From the NCBI GenBank assembly GCA_964535655.1, contig CAZHTP010000004.1, positions 11,108 to 75,107 of the forward strand: a stretch of 64,000 nt of DNA, given 5' to 3'. Each line of letters starts with the position of its first letter. Position 1 is the first letter of the stretch. This DNA is from an uncultured Gammaproteobacteria bacterium. GTDB lineage: Bacteria > Patescibacteriota > Microgenomatia > JALYQM01. The position numbers and the translations under genes are program-made. The notes under the pieces were generated by a model. That model had not been told where the DNA came from. It was given only the letters and a program-made list of their open reading frames with translations, and ran no database searches. Shown in pieces: positions 28,628 to 37,550 of the stretch.

Positions 28628-30553
28628 TTATTGGAACGTAACATCACCGTTACAGAGGATCCATTCAGATTGTAGTTTTCCTGAAGCACAATTTTCGGAA
28701 CTGGAAAATGTGGCAGTGTTTTCGGTTTCAAAATCTTTGCCGTCAATATTTATTTTATCTATCACTAAGTTGCGATCTAGTTGATCACTTGTATATTCAT
28801 CGTTGATGTAGGTAATTTTCACTGAAGCAGGGTTGATTTTGGTTGGAGCATAGAAATAGTATTGGGCAAATTGTCGATTTCTGAGATCTCCTTGAACCCC
28901 ATAATAATTGTGTAGAATTTTATTATTAATACTCACTTTTATCTTAGGGTAGATAGTATCCAACTCGGTACCTGCCGCGTACACAATAAGGCGAGAACCG
29001 ATGGTGAAGGAATCTGAGTTTGCAGATAAATCGCTATTTGTGGTTACTGCTAGTTTGTAATCTCCCGGAAGAACCTGAGGGATTTTCCAAGAATAGGCAT
29101 TATCACCAGATTTACTGGAGAGATCCTGGGCAATGGTGTTAATAACTGCGCCACTTTCTTTTTGCAATAGCAGAGCAGTTGAGAGTGGTGAGCTACTCTG
29201 GACATTCCACTTAATCGGCACAATTTTTCCTGCTAAGAATTGGTTGTCTTTTGTGGGGTTAGTAATGGTTACGGATGTGGAGTTATTAGAGAATACAACT
29301 GGTGCATTGGAAGTAGTTGGAATAGCATTGTTTTTCTGTGCTAATTGAGTATTTCCGGTTAGCACAATGCTATATTCGATGCTTGGACCGGTTTGCCATT
29401 TACCGTCAGTAAAATATTCCATGGTTGCTTGGCCAGCATATTGTCCGTTTGGTTTATTTGTAGCTGCAAAAGTTCGTACGGTACTTGTTTGTCCAGGTTT
29501 GATTATTCCACTTGTTGGTTCAAAGCCTACTCCTGAAGTAGAGGAGCTGTACTTAATATTCCAGATTGTCGCGCCGTTACTGGTAATGGTAAAGCCCTCG
29601 CCATAGACTTTGCTTTTTAAGGTTAAGCTTCTATCAATTGACTCATTTACTGCTGTTTGACTAATACTGATAGCAGCAGTGGAACCATTTAAAGCACTGC
29701 CTGAGTTTTCGTAATTAAGGGTAAGAGGCGGTGTGTCTTCGTTTGTAGGTTGAGGTGTGAGTTGGTCAGGAGAATTAGTCGCCCGAGATGTTGGTGCGGT
29801 GGTTGGTGGATTTGTAGGCGTTGTTGTTGCTGGTGGTGTATCAGGAATAGGTGTTGCCGTGTGGGTTGGTAATGGTGATGGTGTCTTAATTGGGGTTGGG
29901 GATGCCGTTTTAAGTGGGGTTGGAGATGGTGAGCGCGTTGGTGTTGGTGAAGGAGTGTTGGTTGTTCCGGTTGTGAGAGTAGCGTTATCCAACCATACTT
30001 GACCGGTTGTGCCACCCACATTAAATTCATAGCGCGGTGTTGAATCGGTGGCACTGGCCGTAAACTGGTATGTATATTGTTGCCAACTGGTAGTGATGGG
30101 GATTGCTTGCGTGAAATAGTTATTGGAATCATTTATTTTATCCATTTTGAAATCTATACTTCGTGCAGTTGAGGCTTTTGCCCAGAATCTAATTGTATAG
30201 AGTGTACCGCTTGATAGTGATGCTGTTTGATAAAATTGTGCATCAGAATTGAAATCTGATTTCGTAATATCTATTTTTACTGAGTAGCTACCATCCATAT
30301 GAGTACTGCTGTCTTGGGTGACTGTTGCAGTTGCGGTATCCAAAGTTAGATTCCAGTTAGCAATGGGAGAACCAGCGGTTTCAAAAGAGGAATTAGCCAG
30401 GTGATTTATTTCAGCAGCACTTGTTTGATCTGAAGAGCGCAAATCTCCCGGTGTAAACATTGGTTTATTTAGTACAATAAAACCAATGCCTACGGTAAAA
30501 ATAGTGGCACTGGCAATAACAATGAAATGCGATGAAAACTTTTTACTTGCCAT
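28628..30553 (-). CDS. Membrane-anchored multi-domain carbohydrate-binding surface protein
   Basis: TM anchor; CBM4/9-like (LANSSFE...FWAKA...WLDNA); Pro/Thr linker; Ig-like segments; CBM60-like C-terminus (YIND...DRNLVIDKI). Confidence 0.7.
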   Translation of the reverse strand: MASKKFSSHFIVIASATIFTVGIGFIVLNKPMFTPGDLRSSDQTSAAEINHLANSSFETAGSPIANWNLTLDTATATVTQDSSTHMDGSYSVKIDITKSDFNSDAQFYQTASLSSGTLYTIRFWAKASTARSIDFKMDKINDSNNYFTQAIPITTSWQQYTYQFTASATDSTPRYEFNVGGTTGQVWLDNATLTTGTTNTPSPTPTRSPSPTPLKTASPTPIKTPSPLPTHTATPIPDTPPATTTPTNPPTTAPTSRATNSPDQLTPQPTNEDTPPLTLNYENSGSALNGSTAAISISQTAVNESIDRSLTLKSKVYGEGFTITSNGATIWNIKYSSSTSGVGFEPTSGIIKPGQTSTVRTFAATNKPNGQYAGQATMEYFTDGKWQTGPSIEYSIVLTGNTQLAQKNNAIPTTSNAPVVFSNNSTSVTITNPTKDNQFLAGKIVPIKWNVQSSSPLSTALLLQKESGAVINTIAQDLSSKSGDNAYSWKIPQVLPGDYKLAVTTNSDLSANSDSFTIGSRLIVYAAGTELDTIYPKIKVSINNKILHNYYGVQGDLRNRQFAQYYFYAPTKINPASVKITYINDEYTSDQLDRNLVIDKINIDGKDFETENTATFSSSENCASGKLQSEWILCNGDVTFQ

Positions 30554-30603
30554 AAACAGGTGTTCTCTTTTATAGTAACTGAGTAGGGGTTTTTAGACAA
30601 CGT

Positions 30604-31623
30604 ATGGATGAACTGCTCGCCTTTATACAAACTGCTCGCTTTGCTGGTGCGAGTGATGAACAGATTACTGCTATCTTATCAGAAAAAGGGTGGCTAGCTG
30701 ATCAAATTCAAGCTTCATTCGCTCAATTAAAGGCACCTGTTGCGGTTTCAAGCAGTGCCATCCCTCATTTGGAGATTCCCGCAATTCCGGAGATGCCTTC
30801 TGTTGAGCCAATTCCGACTATTCAAGAAAATAGTTATATTCAAGAGGCCCCGCCTATACAGGAACAGCCAATAATTCAAGAACCTCAAGTTCCTGATATT
30901 TCCAGGTATGCAGTGCCGTCCAGTCAAATTATTCCTGATCAAGGATATATTGCGCCATCAACTCCAGCACTTCCAGACTTGGTTATCCCTACAAAAACAA
31001 AAGATGTTGTGCCAGGATATGTTAATGAATCGGCAATGGTTACGCCCAAAGAGAAACACCCTAAAACTACAATTGCGGCGATATGTATTGTATTACTTTT
31101 GGGGGTGGGGGGATTTGCTTATTGGAAAGGCTTACTACCTACTAATTTTTTTAAGCGTACTCAAGTTGCGACTTCAGTTTTTGCCCAATATGAGCCATTA
31201 AAAAGGAATACTGCGATACTCCTTACCGATTCAGTTCGATTTACGATAACCGGGTCGCAAGTGATGAGTAGTGATGACTTTAATGCGTTACAGGAGGATA
31301 GTGATGGAGTACGGGCAACCGCTGATAATGATGTTCTACTCGTATACTATACAGTTCAAAATATGAGTGATACACCACAAGTGTTAGCGACAACAGAAGG
31401 AGATTCTCAAACTTTCTCAGTGGTTGATTCTAATCAAAAGCGAGTAGATATTGCGTCTGGAATTTTTTCAGATAGTCTTACAAGTTTGGCTGATCTAAAA
31501 CCTCGTCAGTATACGAGTAACGCGATATTATTTGAAGTTCCTAAGGCGACAGATGTTCATACATTGTTCTTTATGCTTCAGTCGAGTGATGCTCGACCAG
31601 CTAAGGGGTATTTAGTGTTATAG
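30604..31623 (+). CDS. Membrane protein with Pro-rich N-terminus and DUF4352-like Ig domain
   Basis: L.EKGW...I N-terminal motif, central TM helix, V.YTVQN...FEVPK. Confidence 0.6.
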   Translation: MDELLAFIQTARFAGASDEQITAILSEKGWLADQIQASFAQLKAPVAVSSSAIPHLEIPAIPEMPSVEPIPTIQENSYIQEAPPIQEQPIIQEPQVPDISRYAVPSSQIIPDQGYIAPSTPALPDLVIPTKTKDVVPGYVNESAMVTPKEKHPKTTIAAICIVLLLGVGGFAYWKGLLPTNFFKRTQVATSVFAQYEPLKRNTAILLTDSVRFTITGSQVMSSDDFNALQEDSDGVRATADNDVLLVYYTVQNMSDTPQVLATTEGDSQTFSVVDSNQKRVDIASGIFSDSLTSLADLKPRQYTSNAILFEVPKATDVHTLFFMLQSSDARPAKGYLVL

Positions 31624-31906
31624 TTTTTGTTAACTCCTGAATAATTTCCTTATGCGGTTTATCTATTATTTCTTCAGGTACTTCAAGTAGGCCAGCTAGG
31701 CCAATTATTTCTCTAGTAAGAGGATTTACTAGCAGTTCCTTAAACTGAATAAATTCTCCAAATATATCTACAAGATCCTTTTCGGTAAGCAGGCCTTGTT
31801 TATAATATTCGAGTGTTTCTTGGCAGATATGCAAAAAACACTCCTGCTTCCCAGCGGGTTCGGTATGCTTGTATTTATGTATTTGGTTCTGGATGTATTT
31901 TTGCAT
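31601..31906 (-). CDS. Hypothetical protein
   Basis: 101-aa ORF with AAGGT SD-like sequence upstream. Confidence 0.5.
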   Translation of the reverse strand: MQKYIQNQIHKYKHTEPAGKQECFLHICQETLEYYKQGLLTEKDLVDIFGEFIQFKELLVNPLTREIIGLAGLLEVPEEIIDKPHKEIIQELTKTITLNTP

Positions 31907-31950
31907 ATCTACCTTATGATGATTCTAAGGTGCATAGGAAAAAAGGGGAA

Positions 31951-31985
31951 TGACAATTCTGTCAGGATTTTAGACAATAGTGTCA
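31951..31985. promoter_or_regulatory. Tandem palindromic operator-like boxes
   Basis: TGACAATTCTGTCA (31951-31964) and AGACAATAGTGTCA (31972-31985), 21-bp period. Confidence 0.5.
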
Positions 31986-32268
31986 TGATTTTTTGTGATG
32001 GCATAGGAATTTAACTGAGTTACACTTTGGCTCGATTGATGACTAAGGAGTCGTTTATGTTAGATATGTTATTTTTATACTCTCCAGTCTTTTCGCGTTT
32101 TCTGGAGCTTAAGGGTTACTGTTATCCCTTCCTTCCCAGTCTTGTTTTCTTTTTTCTAGATGTATACCATAAAATTGGGTTTTTTGATTTAGCCTTGAAG
32201 TTAACAGTTTTAGATCACATATCATCGTACTTGTATTGTGTTTATGAAGATCTTACAATGTTAGAATA

Positions 32269-32346
32269 ATGATTTATAGAAAGTACTTACGGTTAGATTT
32301 TATGCGATTCAGGATGTGCCTTCTAATTGGGATGGCCGAAGATTAA
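32269..32346 (+). CDS. Candidate 25-aa peptide (MIYRKYLRLDFMRFRMCLLIGMAED) or sRNA
   Basis: Bracketed by promoter TTGTAT-17-TACAAT (32231-32259) and the terminator at 32363-32391. Confidence 0.35.
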   Translation: MIYRKYLRLDFMRFRMCLLIGMAED

Positions 32347-32362
32347 TACAGTTTCTTATGTT

Positions 32363-32391
32363 TACCTACTCGATTGAGTAGGTATTTTTTT
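32363..32391 (+). terminator. Intrinsic terminator
   Basis: TACCTACTC-gatt-GAGTAGGTA followed by T7. Confidence 0.8.
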
Positions 32392-32432
32392 AGCTCATTT
32401 TTGATAGTTTAATTTTTTTATGGCTTATAGTA

Positions 32433-32461
32433 TTGACTCGGATCTAAATGTGTGCTATAAT
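32433..32461 (+). promoter_or_regulatory. Strong sigma70 promoter
   Basis: TTGACT, 17 nt spacer, TGn-TATAAT. Confidence 0.75.
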
Positions 32462-32492
32462 CGCGCTCCAAACAATGGTTTGGGGGAAATTT

Positions 32493-32534
32493 ATGAAAAC
32501 TTATAGTATTTTTCTTATTTATTTTTTATTTTAG
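32493..32534 (+). CDS. Candidate leader peptide MKTYSIFLIYFLF
   Basis: ATG after GGGGGA; lies between promoter and terminator. Confidence 0.45.
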   Translation: MKTYSIFLIYFLF

Positions 32535-32540
32535 CCGAAT

Positions 32541-32570
32541 AGCGCTACTCAACTATTGAGTGGCGTTTTT
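32541..32570 (+). terminator. Leader terminator (attenuator) before the acyltransferase operon
   Basis: AGCGCTACTCAA-cta-TTGAGTGGCGTT plus T run, ending 7 nt before ATG 32578. Confidence 0.7.
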
Positions 32571-32577
32571 AGTATGT

Positions 32578-33498
32578 ATGGCAGTTAAAGAGGCGGGTTT
32601 ACCAGAAATTGAATTTAGTAAGATAGAGCCATCGGTTCGAATGCCTAATTTGCGGGCTGTTAAAAGTAACGAAATATTGTATTCCCCAGGTGTAGAGCTA
32701 ACGGCTGAGTATGTTATGAAACATACTGAATTTAAAGATGTAACAACAGATTGTGAGTTGCTAGAAGCTACTTTAAGAACGGTAGCTGCTAACTATGCTC
32801 CCCTAGCTAATCCTGAACATGCGCTTTCTCAAGATGATGTGTACGACCTTCTTTGTAAGGACGGTAATGAAGTAGAAGGCAGATCGGTTGTTCTAGCTGC
32901 AGTTACAGAATTGCCTCACCAACAAGGGCGTGTAGTTACTTCTACGATGCGTTTCGTATTCGGTACAGATCAAGGTCGGCAAGGATTGCCTCCCATTGCA
33001 GAGATGGACTTAGTTGATGCTGTTTGGCCCAACGAAAGGGAAGGTAAGCCATATTCGACGATAGCAACGGTTGGCAGATACTGCTTAACTGAAGATGTTA
33101 GGAAGCTGCATGGTATACCTGGACATTTAACTGGTAATTTATTGAGATTAGGTTTCAATATTGGCAAGCAAAAATATCCTCCTGTAGAGTTTTTTGCTGC
33201 TGTTATGCCTCAAAGAGTCGTTCGTAATGTAAAGGCTGGTAATATTGAAGTTCGTGCTTTAGAAATGCAGTTAAAAAGAATACCGGGTTATGAGCTTGGA
33301 TTGGATTTAAGTGGGAACACTGAGGCTTTAGACTCACTTTATTCAGCTGCTAATTCAGTCGAAGAAATGCGTCGAATTCAAGAGGCTGTTTCTGCAAATG
33401 CCTATTATCTTAAGTTTTCCAAATATTGGTTACCACATTTATATGGTTATCGCGACGCTCCATCATTACATGAATTTATAGTTCCACAGGAGATCTAA
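32578..33498 (+). CDS. LuxI/FeeM-like GNAT-fold N-acyltransferase
   Basis: DDVYD, VVLAAV, STMRFVFG..LP, IATVGRY..R pattern typical of acyl-homoserine-lactone/N-acyl-amino-acid synthase folds. Confidence 0.6.
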   Translation: MAVKEAGLPEIEFSKIEPSVRMPNLRAVKSNEILYSPGVELTAEYVMKHTEFKDVTTDCELLEATLRTVAANYAPLANPEHALSQDDVYDLLCKDGNEVEGRSVVLAAVTELPHQQGRVVTSTMRFVFGTDQGRQGLPPIAEMDLVDAVWPNEREGKPYSTIATVGRYCLTEDVRKLHGIPGHLTGNLLRLGFNIGKQKYPPVEFFAAVMPQRVVRNVKAGNIEVRALEMQLKRIPGYELGLDLSGNTEALDSLYSAANSVEEMRRIQEAVSANAYYLKFSKYWLPHLYGYRDAPSLHEFIVPQEI

Positions 33499-33500
33499 TT

Positions 33501-34712
33501 ATGTCAGCGGAACAATCTTCGTTCAAATCTTCCGAATTATCTATTGAAAATGTTGGTCATGGTGCAAAAGTTACAATTTATTCTCTGAATGATCCTCAAG
33601 AAAAAGGAAATTTTTTTAAGTCATTGCGAGCACATGCGTTGGGCATAGGTAGAGATAACGATAGGTTTTTACTTTGGAGGCTTGGAAATGATGAGCCTGC
33701 AATGTTGGATAGAGCTGTAGAGTTAGGGTTTTTAAAAGATGAATTGCCTTTGCAAGCGATTGATTATGCTAAGTTGAAAGGTGAGGTTGCACTAGGAGAA
33801 AGAAGGCGGATTGGCGAAAAAGTAAATAGCCTTGAAGCTTTAACAATAGCAGAGTTTAGCTGGTTAAACGAAGAAAAGTTTGTAACGATATTGCCTTATA
33901 AGCAAATGCGAGAGGTTGTTTTTTCTAGAAATAAAGGTGTCTTTTCGGATGAAGCTTATGAAAAACTTCGGACTACAAAGATTGCTATCATTGGCGCAGG
34001 AGTGGGTTTTTCTATAGCCGAAGTTTTGATGTGGTTAGGTGCTGAAAATCTGATTGTAGTTGATGGTGGTACTGTAGCTCCGCATGATACTCAAAGGCTT
34101 CCTTCCAGTGGAGTACATTCCTATGGACTAAATCATGCAATACATTTTTTGCAACGGGCTTATGATTTTTTCCCTTATGGTAACTATAATGCTATTGCAA
34201 ATAATGTGGGAATTGATGAAAATTCTGATACTTTAATTGGCCTTAATAAAATACTTAATTGGGTAGGTATGGATGGATTGGTACTTGAAGAGGTTGATCA
34301 ACTCTATTTAAAAGGTGAAATAAGACGTCGTGCTAAAGTTCCGGTGTTTATGGGCTCTGATGTCGCATTAGCAGGTACAAATCAGGTGCATAGACCTGAT
34401 CAATCTTTGTTTGGAGGTCGCTTAACTGATGCTGATATGGATCAGCTTAAGACTTACTATCTCGAAGGAACTGAAATGCCTAGAGAATTCAAGACAGATG
34501 TAGTTAGGAAAGTTATGGGAAACTTCTTAACCCCTGATTTTATGCGGGCATTTGGACAAGTTATACAGTCTGGTGGAGAATATTGGCCTCAATCAGGTAT
34601 AGCTGCACGATTATCTAGCGCTATTGTTGGCGCTGCTATTATGGAATATCTAGAAGGTCATCCAATTAAAGATGAATTAATGATTGATCTTAGGACAGCA
34701 GTAAGACAGTAA
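33501..34712 (+). CDS. ThiF/E1-like adenylyltransferase (Rv1355c/FeeI-like)
   Basis: SRN...EKLR..KIAIIGAGVG, VDGG.V...D.QRL, EEVD...K..IR, WPQ motifs. Confidence 0.75.
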   Translation: MSAEQSSFKSSELSIENVGHGAKVTIYSLNDPQEKGNFFKSLRAHALGIGRDNDRFLLWRLGNDEPAMLDRAVELGFLKDELPLQAIDYAKLKGEVALGERRRIGEKVNSLEALTIAEFSWLNEEKFVTILPYKQMREVVFSRNKGVFSDEAYEKLRTTKIAIIGAGVGFSIAEVLMWLGAENLIVVDGGTVAPHDTQRLPSSGVHSYGLNHAIHFLQRAYDFFPYGNYNAIANNVGIDENSDTLIGLNKILNWVGMDGLVLEEVDQLYLKGEIRRRAKVPVFMGSDVALAGTNQVHRPDQSLFGGRLTDADMDQLKTYYLEGTEMPREFKTDVVRKVMGNFLTPDFMRAFGQVIQSGGEYWPQSGIAARLSSAIVGAAIMEYLEGHPIKDELMIDLRTAVRQ

Positions 34713-34756
34713 ATTTAGGTGGTTCCGTTGCAAATTTATGATTTTAGTTTTACTCT

Positions 34757-37534
34757 ATGTATATGGGATCCTTAACGCTAGGGATAGTTGTATTTACTGC
34801 TATTATAAATATTTTCCTTGGGCTATTAGTTTTACTAAAAAATCCTAGTAGCGCCACAAATAGATTAATTACTGCACTTGCAATTATTTTTTCTGCTTGG
34901 TCTGTTTTTAATTACTTTTCACTTAACTCCGTTACAGCTGATGCAACTTTATTTTGGATTAGGATGGTTATGGTTGCAACTGCTCCTTTAGGTCCAACCG
35001 TTGCTTTAGCTTTGAAGGCTTTTCCTTCTTCAGAGTTAGCAATTAATAAAAAGATATTATACGGTTTACTTATTTCTACTGTAATAGTATCAATATTAGC
35101 CTTAACTCCTTTTGTTTTTTCAGGAGTAACATTATCACCAACAATTAGCCCAACACCGAATTTTGGAATTTTATTTTATGTAGTGCTATTTATAGGCTCA
35201 CTTATTTATGGGATTGTTGTAACTGTTAAAAAATATAGAAAAGCGAAAGGGGTTAGCAAACTCCAATTTAAGTATTTGTTTATAGGTGTAATATTAACTT
35301 TTGCACTCCAAGTTCTTACTAATTTTATTGCAGTTGTTTTGTTTAACTTTTCGGGACTTGTGGCTTTAGGACCTTCGTTCTCTTTAATTTTTGTAGGGTT
35401 AATTTCATATGCAATAATAAAACATCGCTTGCTTGATATTCGATTAGCCTTAAGACGTGGTTTGGCACAATTATTAATTGCCTTTACAATTCTAGCTATT
35501 TTTATTGTAGCGGGGATTATGTACGCAAGCCTCAATGGCCTTAAATTTGATACAAATTTGTTATTTGTATTTATTTTTGTTGCATTTCTACTTTCTTTTA
35601 TTTATGACTCCGTGTCTTACTATTTAAGAAAAGCAACCGATAAGTATTTATTTACGAGTTTGTATACACCTTCAGAGCTTCTACGCGAACTAAGTATTGC
35701 CTTAAATTCAACGCTGGATTTTGAAGAAGTGTTAAAGAATGTTTATGGAATCATTAACAATAATCTTCATATTTCTAGTATTGCTTTTGCTGTTAAGCTT
35801 CAAGGTAGAAAAAACATTTCTAACCTGTTCCCACAATCTGATTTTGCAATATATGAATATGGAGATAAAAATAAAAAACTAATTATGGTAAGTATTTTAG
35901 CTGATTTTTTGAAAAATACAGAAGGGGCGGTAGTTTTCGAAGATCTCCAGCGTGATTTGGCTGAAATTGAGGAAGTAAGCAAGCGTAAAATTTATGAGTG
36001 GATGACTGAAAATGAAGTTGGTATTGTACTTCCATTAAAAGTTAAAAATGAAGTAATTGGTGCAGTTATGTTAGGGGAGAAGCTTTCAGGAGATGCCTTT
36101 ACTTCTGAAGATGTAGATGTTTTAGAAACCTTTGCGTTACAAGCTTCAATTGGTATTGAAAATATACTTCTGTTCATGCATTCAAGAGATTTTGGTGAGC
36201 GGTTGAAGATTGAAGTTGAGAAAGCGACGGCAGAACTGAAACAAAAGAATAAAAACCTTGAGATTTTGCGTCATATGGAGAATATTATCACCACGACTTT
36301 AGACTTAAAGGAGATGTGCCAAAAGATTGTAGATACTATTTCTTGGGAGCTTGGCTATGAGGGAGCCTTGATCAGCTTAGTTGATCCTAAACGCAATGTG
36401 TTGGTGCCGACTGCTGTTTCCCAAACTCCGACAATTAAGAAAGCTTTGGCTATTTTACCTGCCCATATGGAAGATATTGTTATGCCATTAACGGAGAAAA
36501 AAAGTATGGCGGTACAAGCTCTCGATTTACGTACTAAAATTACCACAATATCACTTGCAGATGCTTTTGCACCGGGCTTGCCTCGACCAGTATCCGATGC
36601 TATTCAGAAGTTAGTGGGTATGAAGGGCATGATTACATATCCACTTTATTCTAAAGATAAGCCGTTGGGAGTTCTTGCTCTTGCAATGCATGTGTCTCCG
36701 CGCGATGTTCCTTTCTCAGAAATGAACGTTCTTGATGCTTTCATGGATGAGGTGGGAATAGCACTAGAGAATTCGTATCTGTATGAAGAAGCTAAGACTG
36801 CAAATGATGCGCTTGAAGTAAGTAACCAGAAGTTGATAGAGCTGGATAAGATGAAAGATGAGTTTGTGTCGGTGGCTTCGCATGAACTGCGTACTCCGAT
36901 GACGGCAATCAATGGCTATGTGTGGATGCTTCTTAATGGCAAGGGAGGGGAGCTTCAAGAAAAGCAGAGATATTATTTGCAACGTGTTGCGCAGTCTACA
37001 CAGCGGCTTATCAATCTTGTGAATGATATGTTAACTATCTCTCGTATTGAAGGTGGCCGTACAAAAATTGAAAATAAAAACTTTGAACTGGTTGATTTGC
37101 TTAAAGCCGTGAATGAAGAATTACAGATTAAGGCTGATGAAAAGGGAATTAAGTTAGGTTTGCAGACTGAAGATGTGGTGCATGTGTTTGCCGATCAAGA
37201 TAAAGTGCATGAAGTATTGATTAATTTGATCGGTAACTCTTTGAAGTTTACTGAACAAGGTTCGATCACGACCACAGTTCTTGATAAAGGCGATTATGTT
37301 GCTGTTTCTGTCAATGATACTGGCAAGGGGATAGCAGCGGAAGATATGCCAAAACTGTTTACCAAATTTGGACGATTGGATAACCAATATGCTACGGTTG
37401 CACAGACTGCTGGCACAGGATTAGGTTTATATATTTGCAAAAAATACATTGACGGTATGGGCGGGACTGTGTCTGTTACCTCGACAGTGGGTAAGGGCAG
37501 TACATTTACGTTTACTCTTAAGAAAGCTTTGTAG
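34757..37534 (+). CDS. Multi-TM (HisKA_7TM-like) sensor histidine kinase with two GAF domains
   Basis: About 9 TM helices, YAIIKHRLLDI, GEKLSGDAF GAF, SHELRTP H-box, N/G1/F/G2 boxes. Confidence 0.92.
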   Translation: MYMGSLTLGIVVFTAIINIFLGLLVLLKNPSSATNRLITALAIIFSAWSVFNYFSLNSVTADATLFWIRMVMVATAPLGPTVALALKAFPSSELAINKKILYGLLISTVIVSILALTPFVFSGVTLSPTISPTPNFGILFYVVLFIGSLIYGIVVTVKKYRKAKGVSKLQFKYLFIGVILTFALQVLTNFIAVVLFNFSGLVALGPSFSLIFVGLISYAIIKHRLLDIRLALRRGLAQLLIAFTILAIFIVAGIMYASLNGLKFDTNLLFVFIFVAFLLSFIYDSVSYYLRKATDKYLFTSLYTPSELLRELSIALNSTLDFEEVLKNVYGIINNNLHISSIAFAVKLQGRKNISNLFPQSDFAIYEYGDKNKKLIMVSILADFLKNTEGAVVFEDLQRDLAEIEEVSKRKIYEWMTENEVGIVLPLKVKNEVIGAVMLGEKLSGDAFTSEDVDVLETFALQASIGIENILLFMHSRDFGERLKIEVEKATAELKQKNKNLEILRHMENIITTTLDLKEMCQKIVDTISWELGYEGALISLVDPKRNVLVPTAVSQTPTIKKALAILPAHMEDIVMPLTEKKSMAVQALDLRTKITTISLADAFAPGLPRPVSDAIQKLVGMKGMITYPLYSKDKPLGVLALAMHVSPRDVPFSEMNVLDAFMDEVGIALENSYLYEEAKTANDALEVSNQKLIELDKMKDEFVSVASHELRTPMTAINGYVWMLLNGKGGELQEKQRYYLQRVAQSTQRLINLVNDMLTISRIEGGRTKIENKNFELVDLLKAVNEELQIKADEKGIKLGLQTEDVVHVFADQDKVHEVLINLIGNSLKFTEQGSITTTVLDKGDYVAVSVNDTGKGIAAEDMPKLFTKFGRLDNQYATVAQTAGTGLGLYICKKYIDGMGGTVSVTSTVGKGSTFTFTLKKAL

Positions 37535-37550
37535 TTACCGTAACTGAATT

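Noticed and set aside
29689-30132. His/Gln-rich alternative-frame ORF and apparent repeats
   Set aside because: By-product of the Pro/Thr linker codons; not a DNA repeat array
32027-32269. 80-aa ORF upstream of the island
   Set aside because: F/L/Y-rich product of T-rich DNA overlapping a predicted promoter; no homology cues, though a short AAGGAG-led version cannot be excluded
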